The position numbers and the translations under genes were made by a program. The notes beneath the pieces were generated by a model. It worked only from the letters and a program-made list of their open reading frames with translations. It did not search any database and had not been told where the DNA came from. DNA of 63,955 bases, counting the filler, from Lama guanicoe (Eukaryota), in assembly GCA_013239625.1 (NCBI GenBank). It is 204 parts of 204 records of this genome, joined end to end, with 100 filler letters (N's around TTAATTAATTAA, not from the genome) between each part and the next. Parts side by side here need not be neighbours in the genome. Positions count along the whole stretch, not along the records: positions 26,063 to 26,276 come from PNXV01037748.1; positions 26,377 to 26,590 come from PNXV01037749.1; positions 26,691 to 26,904 come from PNXV01037750.1; positions 27,005 to 27,218 come from PNXV01037751.1; positions 27,319 to 27,532 come from PNXV01037752.1; positions 27,633 to 27,846 come from PNXV01037753.1; positions 27,947 to 28,160 come from PNXV01037754.1; positions 28,261 to 28,474 come from PNXV01037755.1; 196 more parts are not named here. The stretch is one strand, 5' to 3'. Below, piece after piece: positions 25,963-36,951 of the stretch. Position 1 is the first letter of the stretch. Each line of letters begins with the position of its first letter.

Positions 25963-27004
25963 NNNNNNNNNNNNNNNNNNNNNNNNNNNNNNNNNNNNNN
26001 NNNNNNTTAATTAATTAANNNNNNNNNNNNNNNNNNNNNNNNNNNNNNNNNNNNNNNNNNNNTGGGCTTTAAACCAAGTATTAGCGAGAGCCTATCGATG
26101 GGATGTGGGTTCTTAACCTACAACTCACAACCATGGATTAAATGTGCCACCTGAAATATGCTTTGACTGTTTCCCTACGTCCAGCAAACACGCGAAGTAG
26201 TGTTCTGGTATTCTGAGTGTGGGGAGCTTCCTCAAACACACAGCAGCACCTGGATTCTATTAGTATCCCTTAGCTTNNNNNNNNNNNNNNNNNNNNNNNN
26301 NNNNNNNNNNNNNNNNNNNNTTAATTAATTAANNNNNNNNNNNNNNNNNNNNNNNNNNNNNNNNNNNNNNNNNNNNGAGATGCCATATTATTATAGACAA
26401 AATACTTCCTGAATCTTCTAAGGGACTGAGCATAAGAACACACAAAGATGTTTATATGTTTTTCTTTCTGATACAAGAATTACTCAACATTAAAAAGCAA
26501 ACTACCTTAGCTGTGCAGGGCCAGGTTCATAGCAGGCACTATGGTGATGTTTGGTGAGTAGATGCATAATGTTTGTTAAATAAATGCACANNNNNNNNNN
26601 NNNNNNNNNNNNNNNNNNNNNNNNNNNNNNNNNNTTAATTAATTAANNNNNNNNNNNNNNNNNNNNNNNNNNNNNNNNNNNNNNNNNNNNCTGGGCGGGT
26701 GGAGGGCAGTCACTGCAAACTCACCCTCACCTCTTTCTGAGGCCGCCTTCTGTGCTGTGACAGCCATAGGTCAGGGCGCCTGCCTGGAGCTAGAACCACC
26801 CCAGGGGCCACCAGATGCTGTAGAGGCAAGAGGCGCTCCCCTTCCCTCGGGGCTGGCAGGAGCGCCACCAGGGAGCCACCCAAGAGCAAAGACCCTCACC
26901 GAGGNNNNNNNNNNNNNNNNNNNNNNNNNNNNNNNNNNNNNNNNNNNNTTAATTAATTAANNNNNNNNNNNNNNNNNNNNNNNNNNNNNNNNNNNNNNNN
27001 NNNN

Positions 27005-27218
27005 CCGGCCGGCCCGGCGCCTCCCGGAGGCCGCGCCGCCCGCCCGCCGCGCTGCCGGGGCTTGTTCCTCCTCATGGCTTTGCCCTGACGTAATTCAAAC
27101 ATGGCAACAGTTCGACTTCAAAGGCGGATCCACAGACCTCCCAGACGCAGGCTCCGGCCCCGGGGAGCGGGCCGAGCGGCCGCGGCCGCGCTCTCCGGGG
27201 CCCTCGGCGTCGCGGCAC
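27005..27218. promoter_or_regulatory. CpG-island fragment, probable promoter or first exon
   Basis: Very GC- and CpG-rich flanks; overlapping GCGGCCGC sites at 27176-27189; CRE-like TGACGTAA at 27086-27093; YY1-like AACATGGC near 27098-27105. Confidence 0.75.
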
Positions 27219-29652
27219 NNNNNNNNNNNNNNNNNNNNNNNNNNNNNNNNNNNNNNNNNNNNTTAATTAATTAANNNNNNNNNNNNNNNNNNNNNNNNNN
27301 NNNNNNNNNNNNNNNNNNTGTATTGGGCAATTTCTCAGGGAAAATGAACTTACCATTTTTATCAGCAGGAGGAGTTGAATCATTTAAGAAATGATAGTAC
27401 CAGTCCAATATACACTCTAGACTAACCTGCCTGTTGCTTCCGCTCCAAAAACTGTTTGATAGAAATTGCAGTTGTAATGAAATATATATATATACATTTT
27501 GCATTGTGTGAAATATGTTCCAAAGGGAGTTANNNNNNNNNNNNNNNNNNNNNNNNNNNNNNNNNNNNNNNNNNNNTTAATTAATTAANNNNNNNNNNNN
27601 NNNNNNNNNNNNNNNNNNNNNNNNNNNNNNNNTTCCTGTTGTTTTGAATTATCCTTTAATCAACATCCTTTTAGAAATTTGCAACTCATTTGCTTTTTCT
27701 GTGAACAGCTTTTTGAGATATAATTTGCATAACATACAATCCATCCATTCAAAATGTACAATTCAATGGCTTTTAGTATATTCACAGAGTTGTACATCCA
27801 TCACCACAATTAATTTTAGAATATTTTATTAGCCCCCAAAGAAATCNNNNNNNNNNNNNNNNNNNNNNNNNNNNNNNNNNNNNNNNNNNNTTAATTAATT
27901 AANNNNNNNNNNNNNNNNNNNNNNNNNNNNNNNNNNNNNNNNNNNNTCTATGTGCTGTGCATCACCCTCCACCTTGCCCTCTCCTCTCAGCCACATGGGC
28001 TCTTCTCCTGAGTTGTGCCAAGAAATCTTCCCCCTGGCTGGATGGTTGTCCACACAGTTACCACGGAGCTGTCCATTGTCCTGATCCTTCTCCATCTCTT
28101 TGGCTCCTACCTCATTACTATGTCCAGATCACAGGAACCTCTGATGGGGCTAAGTCCCTANNNNNNNNNNNNNNNNNNNNNNNNNNNNNNNNNNNNNNNN
28201 NNNNTTAATTAATTAANNNNNNNNNNNNNNNNNNNNNNNNNNNNNNNNNNNNNNNNNNNNAATTTCTTTCTTGGTTATGAAACAATTGGGTCTGTAAATC
28301 AGCTGATGTTAGGCTGAGGTTCATACTCCAAAAGGTGAGTAGGTTTCAGGTCTACTGCTTCTGTCTTCACCATCTGTAACCCAAGATTACAGAAGCAGCC
28401 ACAATTTGGAACACACGATGCACTCGGCAGAAGGTGGGGACTCTGGAAGGCTAAGCCAGAAGTTGCAAATACATNNNNNNNNNNNNNNNNNNNNNNNNNN
28501 NNNNNNNNNNNNNNNNNNTTAATTAATTAANNNNNNNNNNNNNNNNNNNNNNNNNNNNNNNNNNNNNNNNNNNNTCGCGAGGAAACTGGATGAACGCCCC
28601 GTGAGGCTCGCTGCGCGAAAGGACGGAGGGGTCACCTGTCGTCTGCAGAAACATCGGGGCCACCAGAGTCCAGGAAAGAGGTGTCCCTGAAGACGGATGG
28701 CTCCCAAGGGGACAGGCCGTGAGCGGAGCACGTGACCCGGGGGTCCTTCTGCTCTTCGGGGCGTGACTGGGACCCAAGCCTTCCGGGCNNNNNNNNNNNN
28801 NNNNNNNNNNNNNNNNNNNNNNNNNNNNNNNNTTAATTAATTAANNNNNNNNNNNNNNNNNNNNNNNNNNNNNNNNNNNNNNNNNNNNGGGGGACTACCC
28901 CCGCTGACTGAGGGCTAGAAGACTGAAGCCCCCAGATCGGAACCCGGCCACCTCGTCCAGGCTCCAGCCCCTAGTTGCCTGTCCCATCCCAATAGCTCAC
29001 CACATCCATAGGCCTCGTCACTGTTTCCCAAACTCCTCGCAGGCTTTCCCTGTTCCACACCTTTTCACGTGCCATCCCTCTTCCTGGAATGCTCTGATCC
29101 TCNNNNNNNNNNNNNNNNNNNNNNNNNNNNNNNNNNNNNNNNNNNNTTAATTAATTAANNNNNNNNNNNNNNNNNNNNNNNNNNNNNNNNNNNNNNNNNN
29201 NNAAGGAAGGTTACTATGGCTTTGGAAGGATGTAATAGAAATGTGATGGCCATATATGAATTCTCCTCTCATGTAAAAGAGGTCTATGTGTGGACTCTGA
29301 TGATGGTCTAAAGAGTAAGTGAAAATTCTGGATTGGGGAGTGGATATATAGATAGGTGACTGAGTAGAGAGGGAGGGGGTGAATCTGACATGAGTGCCTC
29401 AGGGAATGTTGGAAGCNNNNNNNNNNNNNNNNNNNNNNNNNNNNNNNNNNNNNNNNNNNNTTAATTAATTAANNNNNNNNNNNNNNNNNNNNNNNNNNNN
29501 NNNNNNNNNNNNNNNNTCATGTAACTCCTAACACGATACACTGAGAAGTGCATGATAGCACTCTGCCGGCATTCCCACTAACATTTTAAAATCATGACGA
29601 AACATCAGACAAACTTAAATTAAGAGACACTTGGGAAAAAAAAAGACTTGAA

Positions 29653-29730
29653 GCGGGATGGGTACAGCTCAGAGGTAGAGTACATACTTAGCATGCACAA
29701 GGTCCTGGGTTCAACCCCCAGTACCTCCAT
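29653..29730 (+). mobile_element. tRNA-Ala-derived SINE (camelid vic-1-like), truncated by contig end
   Basis: A-box-like tacagctcagaggtagag, anticodon-like cttagcatg, B box gggttcaacccc. Confidence 0.85.
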
Positions 29731-30458
29731 NNNNNNNNNNNNNNNNNNNNNNNNNNNNNNNNNNNNNNNNNNNNTTAATTAATTAANNNNNNNNNNNNNN
29801 NNNNNNNNNNNNNNNNNNNNNNNNNNNNNNCCCATCATACCACCGCTGTTGGGGACAGTTCAAGGACTTGCCCAAGGTCACGCAGCTACTAAGAGACAGA
29901 GCTGAGACTCAGATCTTTATTTCCTGAGTCTCAGTCTTGTGTACACAGTCCGAAACCTTCTCCCCAGGATGAACCAAGTACTATCTATCCATTCGCCCAA
30001 GAAATACTTTTCTCTTCATCCAATGAACATTAATTATGTAGTATNNNNNNNNNNNNNNNNNNNNNNNNNNNNNNNNNNNNNNNNNNNNTTAATTAATTAA
30101 NNNNNNNNNNNNNNNNNNNNNNNNNNNNNNNNNNNNNNNNNNNNGCATCTGTAAAGACTCTGTTTCCAAATAAGGCCACATTCACAAGGACCTAGGATTA
30201 CGATATATATACATATACACGTATGGAACACAGTCCAATCTCCAGTACCTTCTATAAGGAACCATCATAATTCAGAACGGAAATGAATGAAAAAGACCAC
30301 GGAGCCACATCACAGAGTAACTCATGGTCTTGAAGATGTGGGCTGTGGGTCTCCAAAGNNNNNNNNNNNNNNNNNNNNNNNNNNNNNNNNNNNNNNNNNN
30401 NNTTAATTAATTAANNNNNNNNNNNNNNNNNNNNNNNNNNNNNNNNNNNNNNNNNNNN

Positions 30459-30560
30459 GGAGGAGGAGGAGGAGAAGAAGGAGGAGGAGGAGGAGAAGAA
30501 GGAGGAGAAGAAGGAGGAGAAGGAGGAGGAGAAGGAGGAGGAGAAGGAGGAGAAGAAGAA
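30459..30560 (+). repeat. (GAG/AAG)n purine trinucleotide repeat
   Basis: About 100 bp of pure purine GAG/AAG units. Confidence 0.93.
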
Positions 30561-31714
30561 TTTTCTTTAATTTAAAAGATTCTTGGCAGAGAAAAAAGGC
30601 GATTAAAATTGCCAAGAGAACTTAACATGGTGGAAGGGAGGGAGGAGAGAAGGGGGCATCAAGAAAAGGCAANNNNNNNNNNNNNNNNNNNNNNNNNNNN
30701 NNNNNNNNNNNNNNNNTTAATTAATTAANNNNNNNNNNNNNNNNNNNNNNNNNNNNNNNNNNNNNNNNNNNNTCTGCTCCTGGGGATCCACCCAAAGGAG
30801 ATGGCATACAGAGACCCAGAAGTTCGTACAATATTCACAGCAGCTTTCGTTGTAATAGCCCAAACTGAGGGGAAACCCTAGTAGAGCTGATAAATGAGTA
30901 GTGGTATATTTATGTAACAGACACAGCAAATAAAAACAAAAAATTACCACTATTTGCACCAACATAAGTGAATCTCACAGACAAAANNNNNNNNNNNNNN
31001 NNNNNNNNNNNNNNNNNNNNNNNNNNNNNNTTAATTAATTAANNNNNNNNNNNNNNNNNNNNNNNNNNNNNNNNNNNNNNNNNNNNGCTTTGACATTTTC
31101 CTGCTTCTGGACAGAATTACCAAATAAATTTATAAATTCTGGTAAAGGGGCATTATTACAATGGGTATAAAGAAGTTTGTGCTTATATAAATATTCCTGC
31201 ACTTCTCAGAAATTAAAAACAAATCACTGAACTTCTGATTATTAAAATGCAAAAAAAAATTATTATCAAAATTAGCCCAAATACTCAAAAACTCATGTTC
31301 NNNNNNNNNNNNNNNNNNNNNNNNNNNNNNNNNNNNNNNNNNNNTTAATTAATTAANNNNNNNNNNNNNNNNNNNNNNNNNNNNNNNNNNNNNNNNNNNN
31401 GTGAAGATCTTTTTGGAAACTGATTTATAAATGACAATGGAAGTAGATCCACATACACAAAGAAGGAAGGACAAGTACAAAGATTAGCCAGAAGGAATTA
31501 ATACTACATTTCATTGCTAAGTGGGGGCTCATGCCTTTTACTGGCAGGTTAGAGAGGAAGCATGGAAAGCTGAGTGATTTTATTTAGCAAGAACTAAAAT
31601 CAATTAAATGTAACNNNNNNNNNNNNNNNNNNNNNNNNNNNNNNNNNNNNNNNNNNNNTTAATTAATTAANNNNNNNNNNNNNNNNNNNNNNNNNNNNNN
31701 NNNNNNNNNNNNNN

Positions 31715-31928
31715 CCTTCTGTGTCATTTGAGATGCTCATGGGTTTTTTCCCCTTTGTTCCACGTGATGTAAGACACTGGTGGGTTTTCTAATGCTAAAC
31801 CACCCTTGAATCCCTGGGATAAGTCTCATGTGGTCATGGTATACAATCTTTTTAATACACTGTTGGGAATGGTTTGCTAGTATTTTGATGAGGCTTCTTT
31901 GTCTATATTCATAATGGATATTGTTCTT
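31715..31928 (-). mobile_element. Old LINE-1 ORF2 RT fragment
   Basis: aaccacccttgaatccctgggataagtctcatgtggtcatggt...gtttgctagtattttgatgagg. Confidence 0.85.
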
Positions 31929-32342
31929 NNNNNNNNNNNNNNNNNNNNNNNNNNNNNNNNNNNNNNNNNNNNTTAATTAATTAANNNNNNNNNNNNNNNN
32001 NNNNNNNNNNNNNNNNNNNNNNNNNNNNTGGAGGCTGGCACCCCCTCGGGGTGGGGCCTCCCTAGCCGAGAGCTCACTGCATGCCGACCCGTCGACTGAC
32101 CCAGAGCTGCTGTGACCAAAGTCCTCTCTTCAGTACAAGACCTGGGAGGCTGGCGGGAGGCGGGGCATGTCCCTGGGGTGGGGGTCCCAGGATCTCCCCA
32201 TCTGGCAGGCTCGGGCCCTCGGTTACCCAACTGAGGTCTAGGNNNNNNNNNNNNNNNNNNNNNNNNNNNNNNNNNNNNNNNNNNNNTTAATTAATTAANN
32301 NNNNNNNNNNNNNNNNNNNNNNNNNNNNNNNNNNNNNNNNNN

Positions 32343-32556
32343 CTAAATTGAGAAGAACAAATGTTCACAAGAGCACTGTTTATAATATGCAAGACAGGGA
32401 AGCAAACCAAGAGTCCACAGAAGAGTATGGACTTAAGAAGATATGATGCTTCTATAAATATGCAATGGAATATTACTCAGCCATAAAAGTATAACAAATT
32501 GATATTTCAGCATCATGAATGTACCTAATAAGTATCGAGCTTAGTGAAGTAACTTA
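32343..32556 (+). mobile_element. Diverged LINE-1 ORF2 3' end
   Basis: caatggaatattactcagccataaaa...taagtatcgagcttagtgaagtaa. Confidence 0.8.
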
Positions 32557-33284
32557 NNNNNNNNNNNNNNNNNNNNNNNNNNNNNNNNNNNNNNNNNNNN
32601 TTAATTAATTAANNNNNNNNNNNNNNNNNNNNNNNNNNNNNNNNNNNNNNNNNNNNATTCACACCTTCCAGGATGCCCCACCGCTGCGCACACACTCTGT
32701 TGGCCGTAAGGGGGGTGGTTAAGGTGGGGCACTTCCACGCAGAAGTTGTAGGCATTGTGCCAAACAGATCTAATTTTTACAACACTGACTGGGATGGTTT
32801 CTTCTCAGGTCAGAGGTAAAAAAAGACCTAGGCCAAGGTGAAAGCTTAATGAGAGAAAGAACCACGGCGCNNNNNNNNNNNNNNNNNNNNNNNNNNNNNN
32901 NNNNNNNNNNNNNNTTAATTAATTAANNNNNNNNNNNNNNNNNNNNNNNNNNNNNNNNNNNNNNNNNNNNTAGATGACTGAAACTCATGCCAAATGTATA
33001 GTTTTAAGGATGTTTTCTTCAATTACTTTTTTGAAATTCAGACTATTCATATAAAAAATATAGTCCAGTTAATATTACCTCTTAATACCCTTGAGTGATA
33101 TTGAAAACAGAGAAGGGGGTAAAAGGTATTTCTTCCTGTAATATTTTATTAGAATTATATGTAGGCTGGGAAGGAATCGTGTAANNNNNNNNNNNNNNNN
33201 NNNNNNNNNNNNNNNNNNNNNNNNNNNNTTAATTAATTAANNNNNNNNNNNNNNNNNNNNNNNNNNNNNNNNNNNNNNNNNNNN

Positions 33285-33498
33285 AAAAAATCATTTTAAA
33301 AAATGAAAAGTGAATCGGTGACCCTGGGACAATTTCAAGTGTCCTAACAAATGTGTGACTGGAGTCCCCGAAGACTGAGGGGAAAACAGAAAATACATTT
33401 GAAGAAATAATGGCTGAAATTTTCCCAAATTTGATGGAAATATAGATCCACAGACTTGAGATCTCAACAAGACCTAAGCACAAGAAACATTAAAAAGA
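33285..33498 (+). mobile_element. Old LINE-1 ORF1 fragment
   Basis: tttgaagaaataatggctgaaattttcccaaatttgatg reads FEEIMAEIFPNLM, matching the ORF1p motif ..ENFPNL. Confidence 0.85.
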
Positions 33499-33912
33499 NN
33501 NNNNNNNNNNNNNNNNNNNNNNNNNNNNNNNNNNNNNNNNNNTTAATTAATTAANNNNNNNNNNNNNNNNNNNNNNNNNNNNNNNNNNNNNNNNNNNNTC
33601 AGAGATCTGCTGTACAACATTGTGTATAGTTAGCAATATTGTATTGTCCACTTAGTACACTCTCTTACTAGAGTGGGGAAGCTTGAAGAATCAGGACATC
33701 TTCAGAGGAAAGTAATAAGTGACACTGAAAATGGAGACAAACTCAATAAACAGTAGAATCATCCTCAGCAGCACTGAAAACTTCAGAATGGTAAGATCAG
33801 GACTGGAATTTTNNNNNNNNNNNNNNNNNNNNNNNNNNNNNNNNNNNNNNNNNNNNTTAATTAATTAANNNNNNNNNNNNNNNNNNNNNNNNNNNNNNNN
33901 NNNNNNNNNNNN

Positions 33913-34126
33913 CACAGTGAAATACTATTCAGCCATAAAAAGAATGAAGTGCTGATATGTGTTGCAACATGGGTGAACCTTATTGAAATTGAAAGAAACT
34001 AGACACAAAAGGCCACATCTGTATGACTCCATTGTTGTGAAATGTCCAGAATAGGCAAATTCATAGACATAGAAAACAGATTCATGGTTGCCAGGGGCTG
34101 GGGAAAAGAGGGGATGGGGGCTCACT
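33913..34126 (+). mobile_element. Old LINE-1 (L1M) 3' end
   Basis: tactattcagccataaaaagaatgaagtgctgata...gtccagaataggcaaattcatagacatagaaa...ggttgccaggggctgggg. Confidence 0.88.
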
Positions 34127-34854
34127 NNNNNNNNNNNNNNNNNNNNNNNNNNNNNNNNNNNNNNNNNNNNTTAATTAATTAANNNNNNNNNNNNNNNNNN
34201 NNNNNNNNNNNNNNNNNNNNNNNNNNTTCACTTCTACTGCTGTGGGAAGGATATATTTAGCAGGAAAGGCAGTGAAGGTGAAGAGACCCATTGTTTACAA
34301 ATACCAACCATCTTTGACCTCAGAAGTAGGGAAATGTGAATAAATAGATTCTGAAAACCTAGAAATCCATAGCAAGCACCTGGGTAACATGCACAAGTGT
34401 CACAAAAAGAGGCTGCTTGTTTGAATCCCCATGCCTGTATNNNNNNNNNNNNNNNNNNNNNNNNNNNNNNNNNNNNNNNNNNNNTTAATTAATTAANNNN
34501 NNNNNNNNNNNNNNNNNNNNNNNNNNNNNNNNNNNNNNNNAACCACACTGCCACCATCTTGGTTCAAAGCCAGAGGACTCCTCATTGGGGGGATGGGTAG
34601 GGCCAGAGAACACCTCATCACCTGTCAGAGGTCAACCCAGGCATCACTTCCTCCTTGTAGCCTCCTGGACCCTGTCAAATGCTCCCACAACTCCTTGTCC
34701 TGTCTCCTTCATGGCCTTGATCACAACTTGTGTTTTCTACTTATATTTGTCTTCNNNNNNNNNNNNNNNNNNNNNNNNNNNNNNNNNNNNNNNNNNNNTT
34801 AATTAATTAANNNNNNNNNNNNNNNNNNNNNNNNNNNNNNNNNNNNNNNNNNNN

Positions 34855-35068
34855 CATATATTCATTGTCACATTTTATTTTGCTGTGAGCTACCACAAGA
34901 TCTAGTGTATATTTCCCTGTGCTATACAGTATAATTTTGTTTATCTGTTTGCTATATGCCTGTCAGTATCTACAAATTTTGAAATCCCATTCTATCCTTT
35001 CCCACTCCCCACCACCTTTGTAACCACAAGTTTGTATTCTATGTCTATGAGTCTGTTTCTGTTTGGTA
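34855..35068 (-). mobile_element. LINE-1 3' UTR
   Basis: ttccctgtgctatacagt...tttgtaaccacaagtttgtattctatgtctatgagtctgtttctg. Confidence 0.87.
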
Positions 35069-35168
35069 NNNNNNNNNNNNNNNNNNNNNNNNNNNNNNNN
35101 NNNNNNNNNNNNTTAATTAATTAANNNNNNNNNNNNNNNNNNNNNNNNNNNNNNNNNNNNNNNNNNNN

Positions 35169-35382
35169 AGCAGCTCACAGAACTCAGAGAAACATTTTAC
35201 TTACTGGATTACCTGTTAATTATAAAAGGTTCTAACTCAGGAACAGCCAGATGGAAGAGATGTGCTGGGCAATGTATGGGGAAAGGACACGGAGATTTCA
35301 TGCCTTCTCTGAGAGCATCATTCTTCTCAAATCTCCATGTGTTCACTAACCCTGAAGCTCTCTGAACCCTGCCTTCTGAGTT
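35169..35382. mobile_element. MER21-like ERV LTR fragment
   Basis: cagctcacagaactcagagaaacatttt...actcaggaacagccagatggaagagatg...ctccatgtgttcactaaccctgaagctctctgaaccc. Confidence 0.75.
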
Positions 35383-35559
35383 NNNNNNNNNNNNNNNNNN
35401 NNNNNNNNNNNNNNNNNNNNNNNNNNTTAATTAATTAANNNNNNNNNNNNNNNNNNNNNNNNNNNNNNNNNNNNNNNNNNNNGACAGAGTGACCCACTCC
35501 AGTTTCCCTGGGCACAGGGTCTCCCCACCTCCCTCTTTCGGGTGGACCCCAGCACTCAC

Positions 35560-35696
35560 CTCCTTGTCTCTGCGGGCAGCGTCCAAGGAGACCGCAGCGT
35601 GACCCCGGTGCTCGCCCTGGCCACACTCCTGGCAGATGCACTGCCCGTCGGGGCAGCAGAAGGCGACCAGCGGGCGGCGGTGGGCCAGGCAGACGC
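35560..35696 (-). CDS. TRIM16: TRIM16 (or close paralogue) exon fragment encoding the B-box 2 zinc finger; ends at a splice donor
   Basis: Minus strand reads [45 protein letters not shown], then GTGAGT (35559-35554). It matches recalled human TRIM16 [44 protein letters not shown]. This frame is absent from the ORF track. Confidence 0.9.
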
Positions 35697-36738
35697 NNNN
35701 NNNNNNNNNNNNNNNNNNNNNNNNNNNNNNNNNNNNNNNNTTAATTAATTAANNNNNNNNNNNNNNNNNNNNNNNNNNNNNNNNNNNNNNNNNNNNGGAG
35801 AACAGATATTTGTTCTTATTATTTGTTAATTACAAAGTTTTTTTTTATTAATTACAAATAAAAAGCGGTACCATTGTACTGGAGGGTCTGACAGGAACCC
35901 CTGCCCCCCTTCACTAAGTTATTCTATTGAATTTCACCAAGAGTGGGGCCCCTGATATCACGTGTCCAGATCTGATACATTATCACCAATGTGATATTCT
36001 TGCCCAAAATNNNNNNNNNNNNNNNNNNNNNNNNNNNNNNNNNNNNNNNNNNNNTTAATTAATTAANNNNNNNNNNNNNNNNNNNNNNNNNNNNNNNNNN
36101 NNNNNNNNNNCTCCCATTTCGATTCTTTGGGGTTAGAGGAAGGAAGGGGCCACCGACACACCTCAGAGTCTCTATTGGCATCAGACACCCTAATCCCAGA
36201 ATTTAGTTATACTGCCTGGTTTTGCCCGCACAATTACCATTCAACATAAAGTGTATCAAATAACCACTTAAGCATCTGTGTAATGGAGAAGTTTGTGTGG
36301 GTGGCTATACTCACTTTTATTTCTNNNNNNNNNNNNNNNNNNNNNNNNNNNNNNNNNNNNNNNNNNNNTTAATTAATTAANNNNNNNNNNNNNNNNNNNN
36401 NNNNNNNNNNNNNNNNNNNNNNNNGGCGGGGTGATCAGGCCCAGCCTTGGCCACTGGGCACCCTGTATAAGGGTCTTCCTGAGAATGGGCGGTGGCTGGG
36501 AGCCCCCACCATGGGGGTCTAACCTGATCATTACGGTCCCCTGTAGGGGTGAAGTCCTACCCTAGCAGAGACCACTGTGGACATGACTATGTTCAGGGTG
36601 AGTGTTGCCAGTCATGACCTTGGCCACGGGACACCTCANNNNNNNNNNNNNNNNNNNNNNNNNNNNNNNNNNNNNNNNNNNNTTAATTAATTAANNNNNN
36701 NNNNNNNNNNNNNNNNNNNNNNNNNNNNNNNNNNNNNN

Positions 36739-36951
36739 CACCCCAATGTTCATAGCAGCACTATTTACAACAGCCAAGACATAGAAAACAACCTAAATGT
36801 CCATCGACAGATCACTGGATAAAGAAGCTGTGGTATACAATGGAATAATACTCAGTCATAACAAATAATAAAATAATGTCATTTGCAGCAACACGGATGG
36901 AGCTGGAAATTGTCATTCTAAGTGAAGTAAGCCAGAAAGAGAAAGAAAAAT
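36739..36951 (+). mobile_element. LINE-1 ORF2 3' end (the only 213-bp contig)
   Basis: ccccaatgttcatagcagcactatttacaacagccaagaca...ctaagtgaagtaagccagaaagagaaag. Confidence 0.93.

Noticed and set aside
29653..29730. tRNA-Ala(AGC) gene
   Set aside because: Stems are degenerate, and a sibling copy has an A-rich tail and target-site duplication, so it is a SINE.
30403..30615. Poly-Leu membrane peptide (or poly-Glu/Lys on the + strand)
   Set aside because: Simple purine trinucleotide repeat with no exon context.
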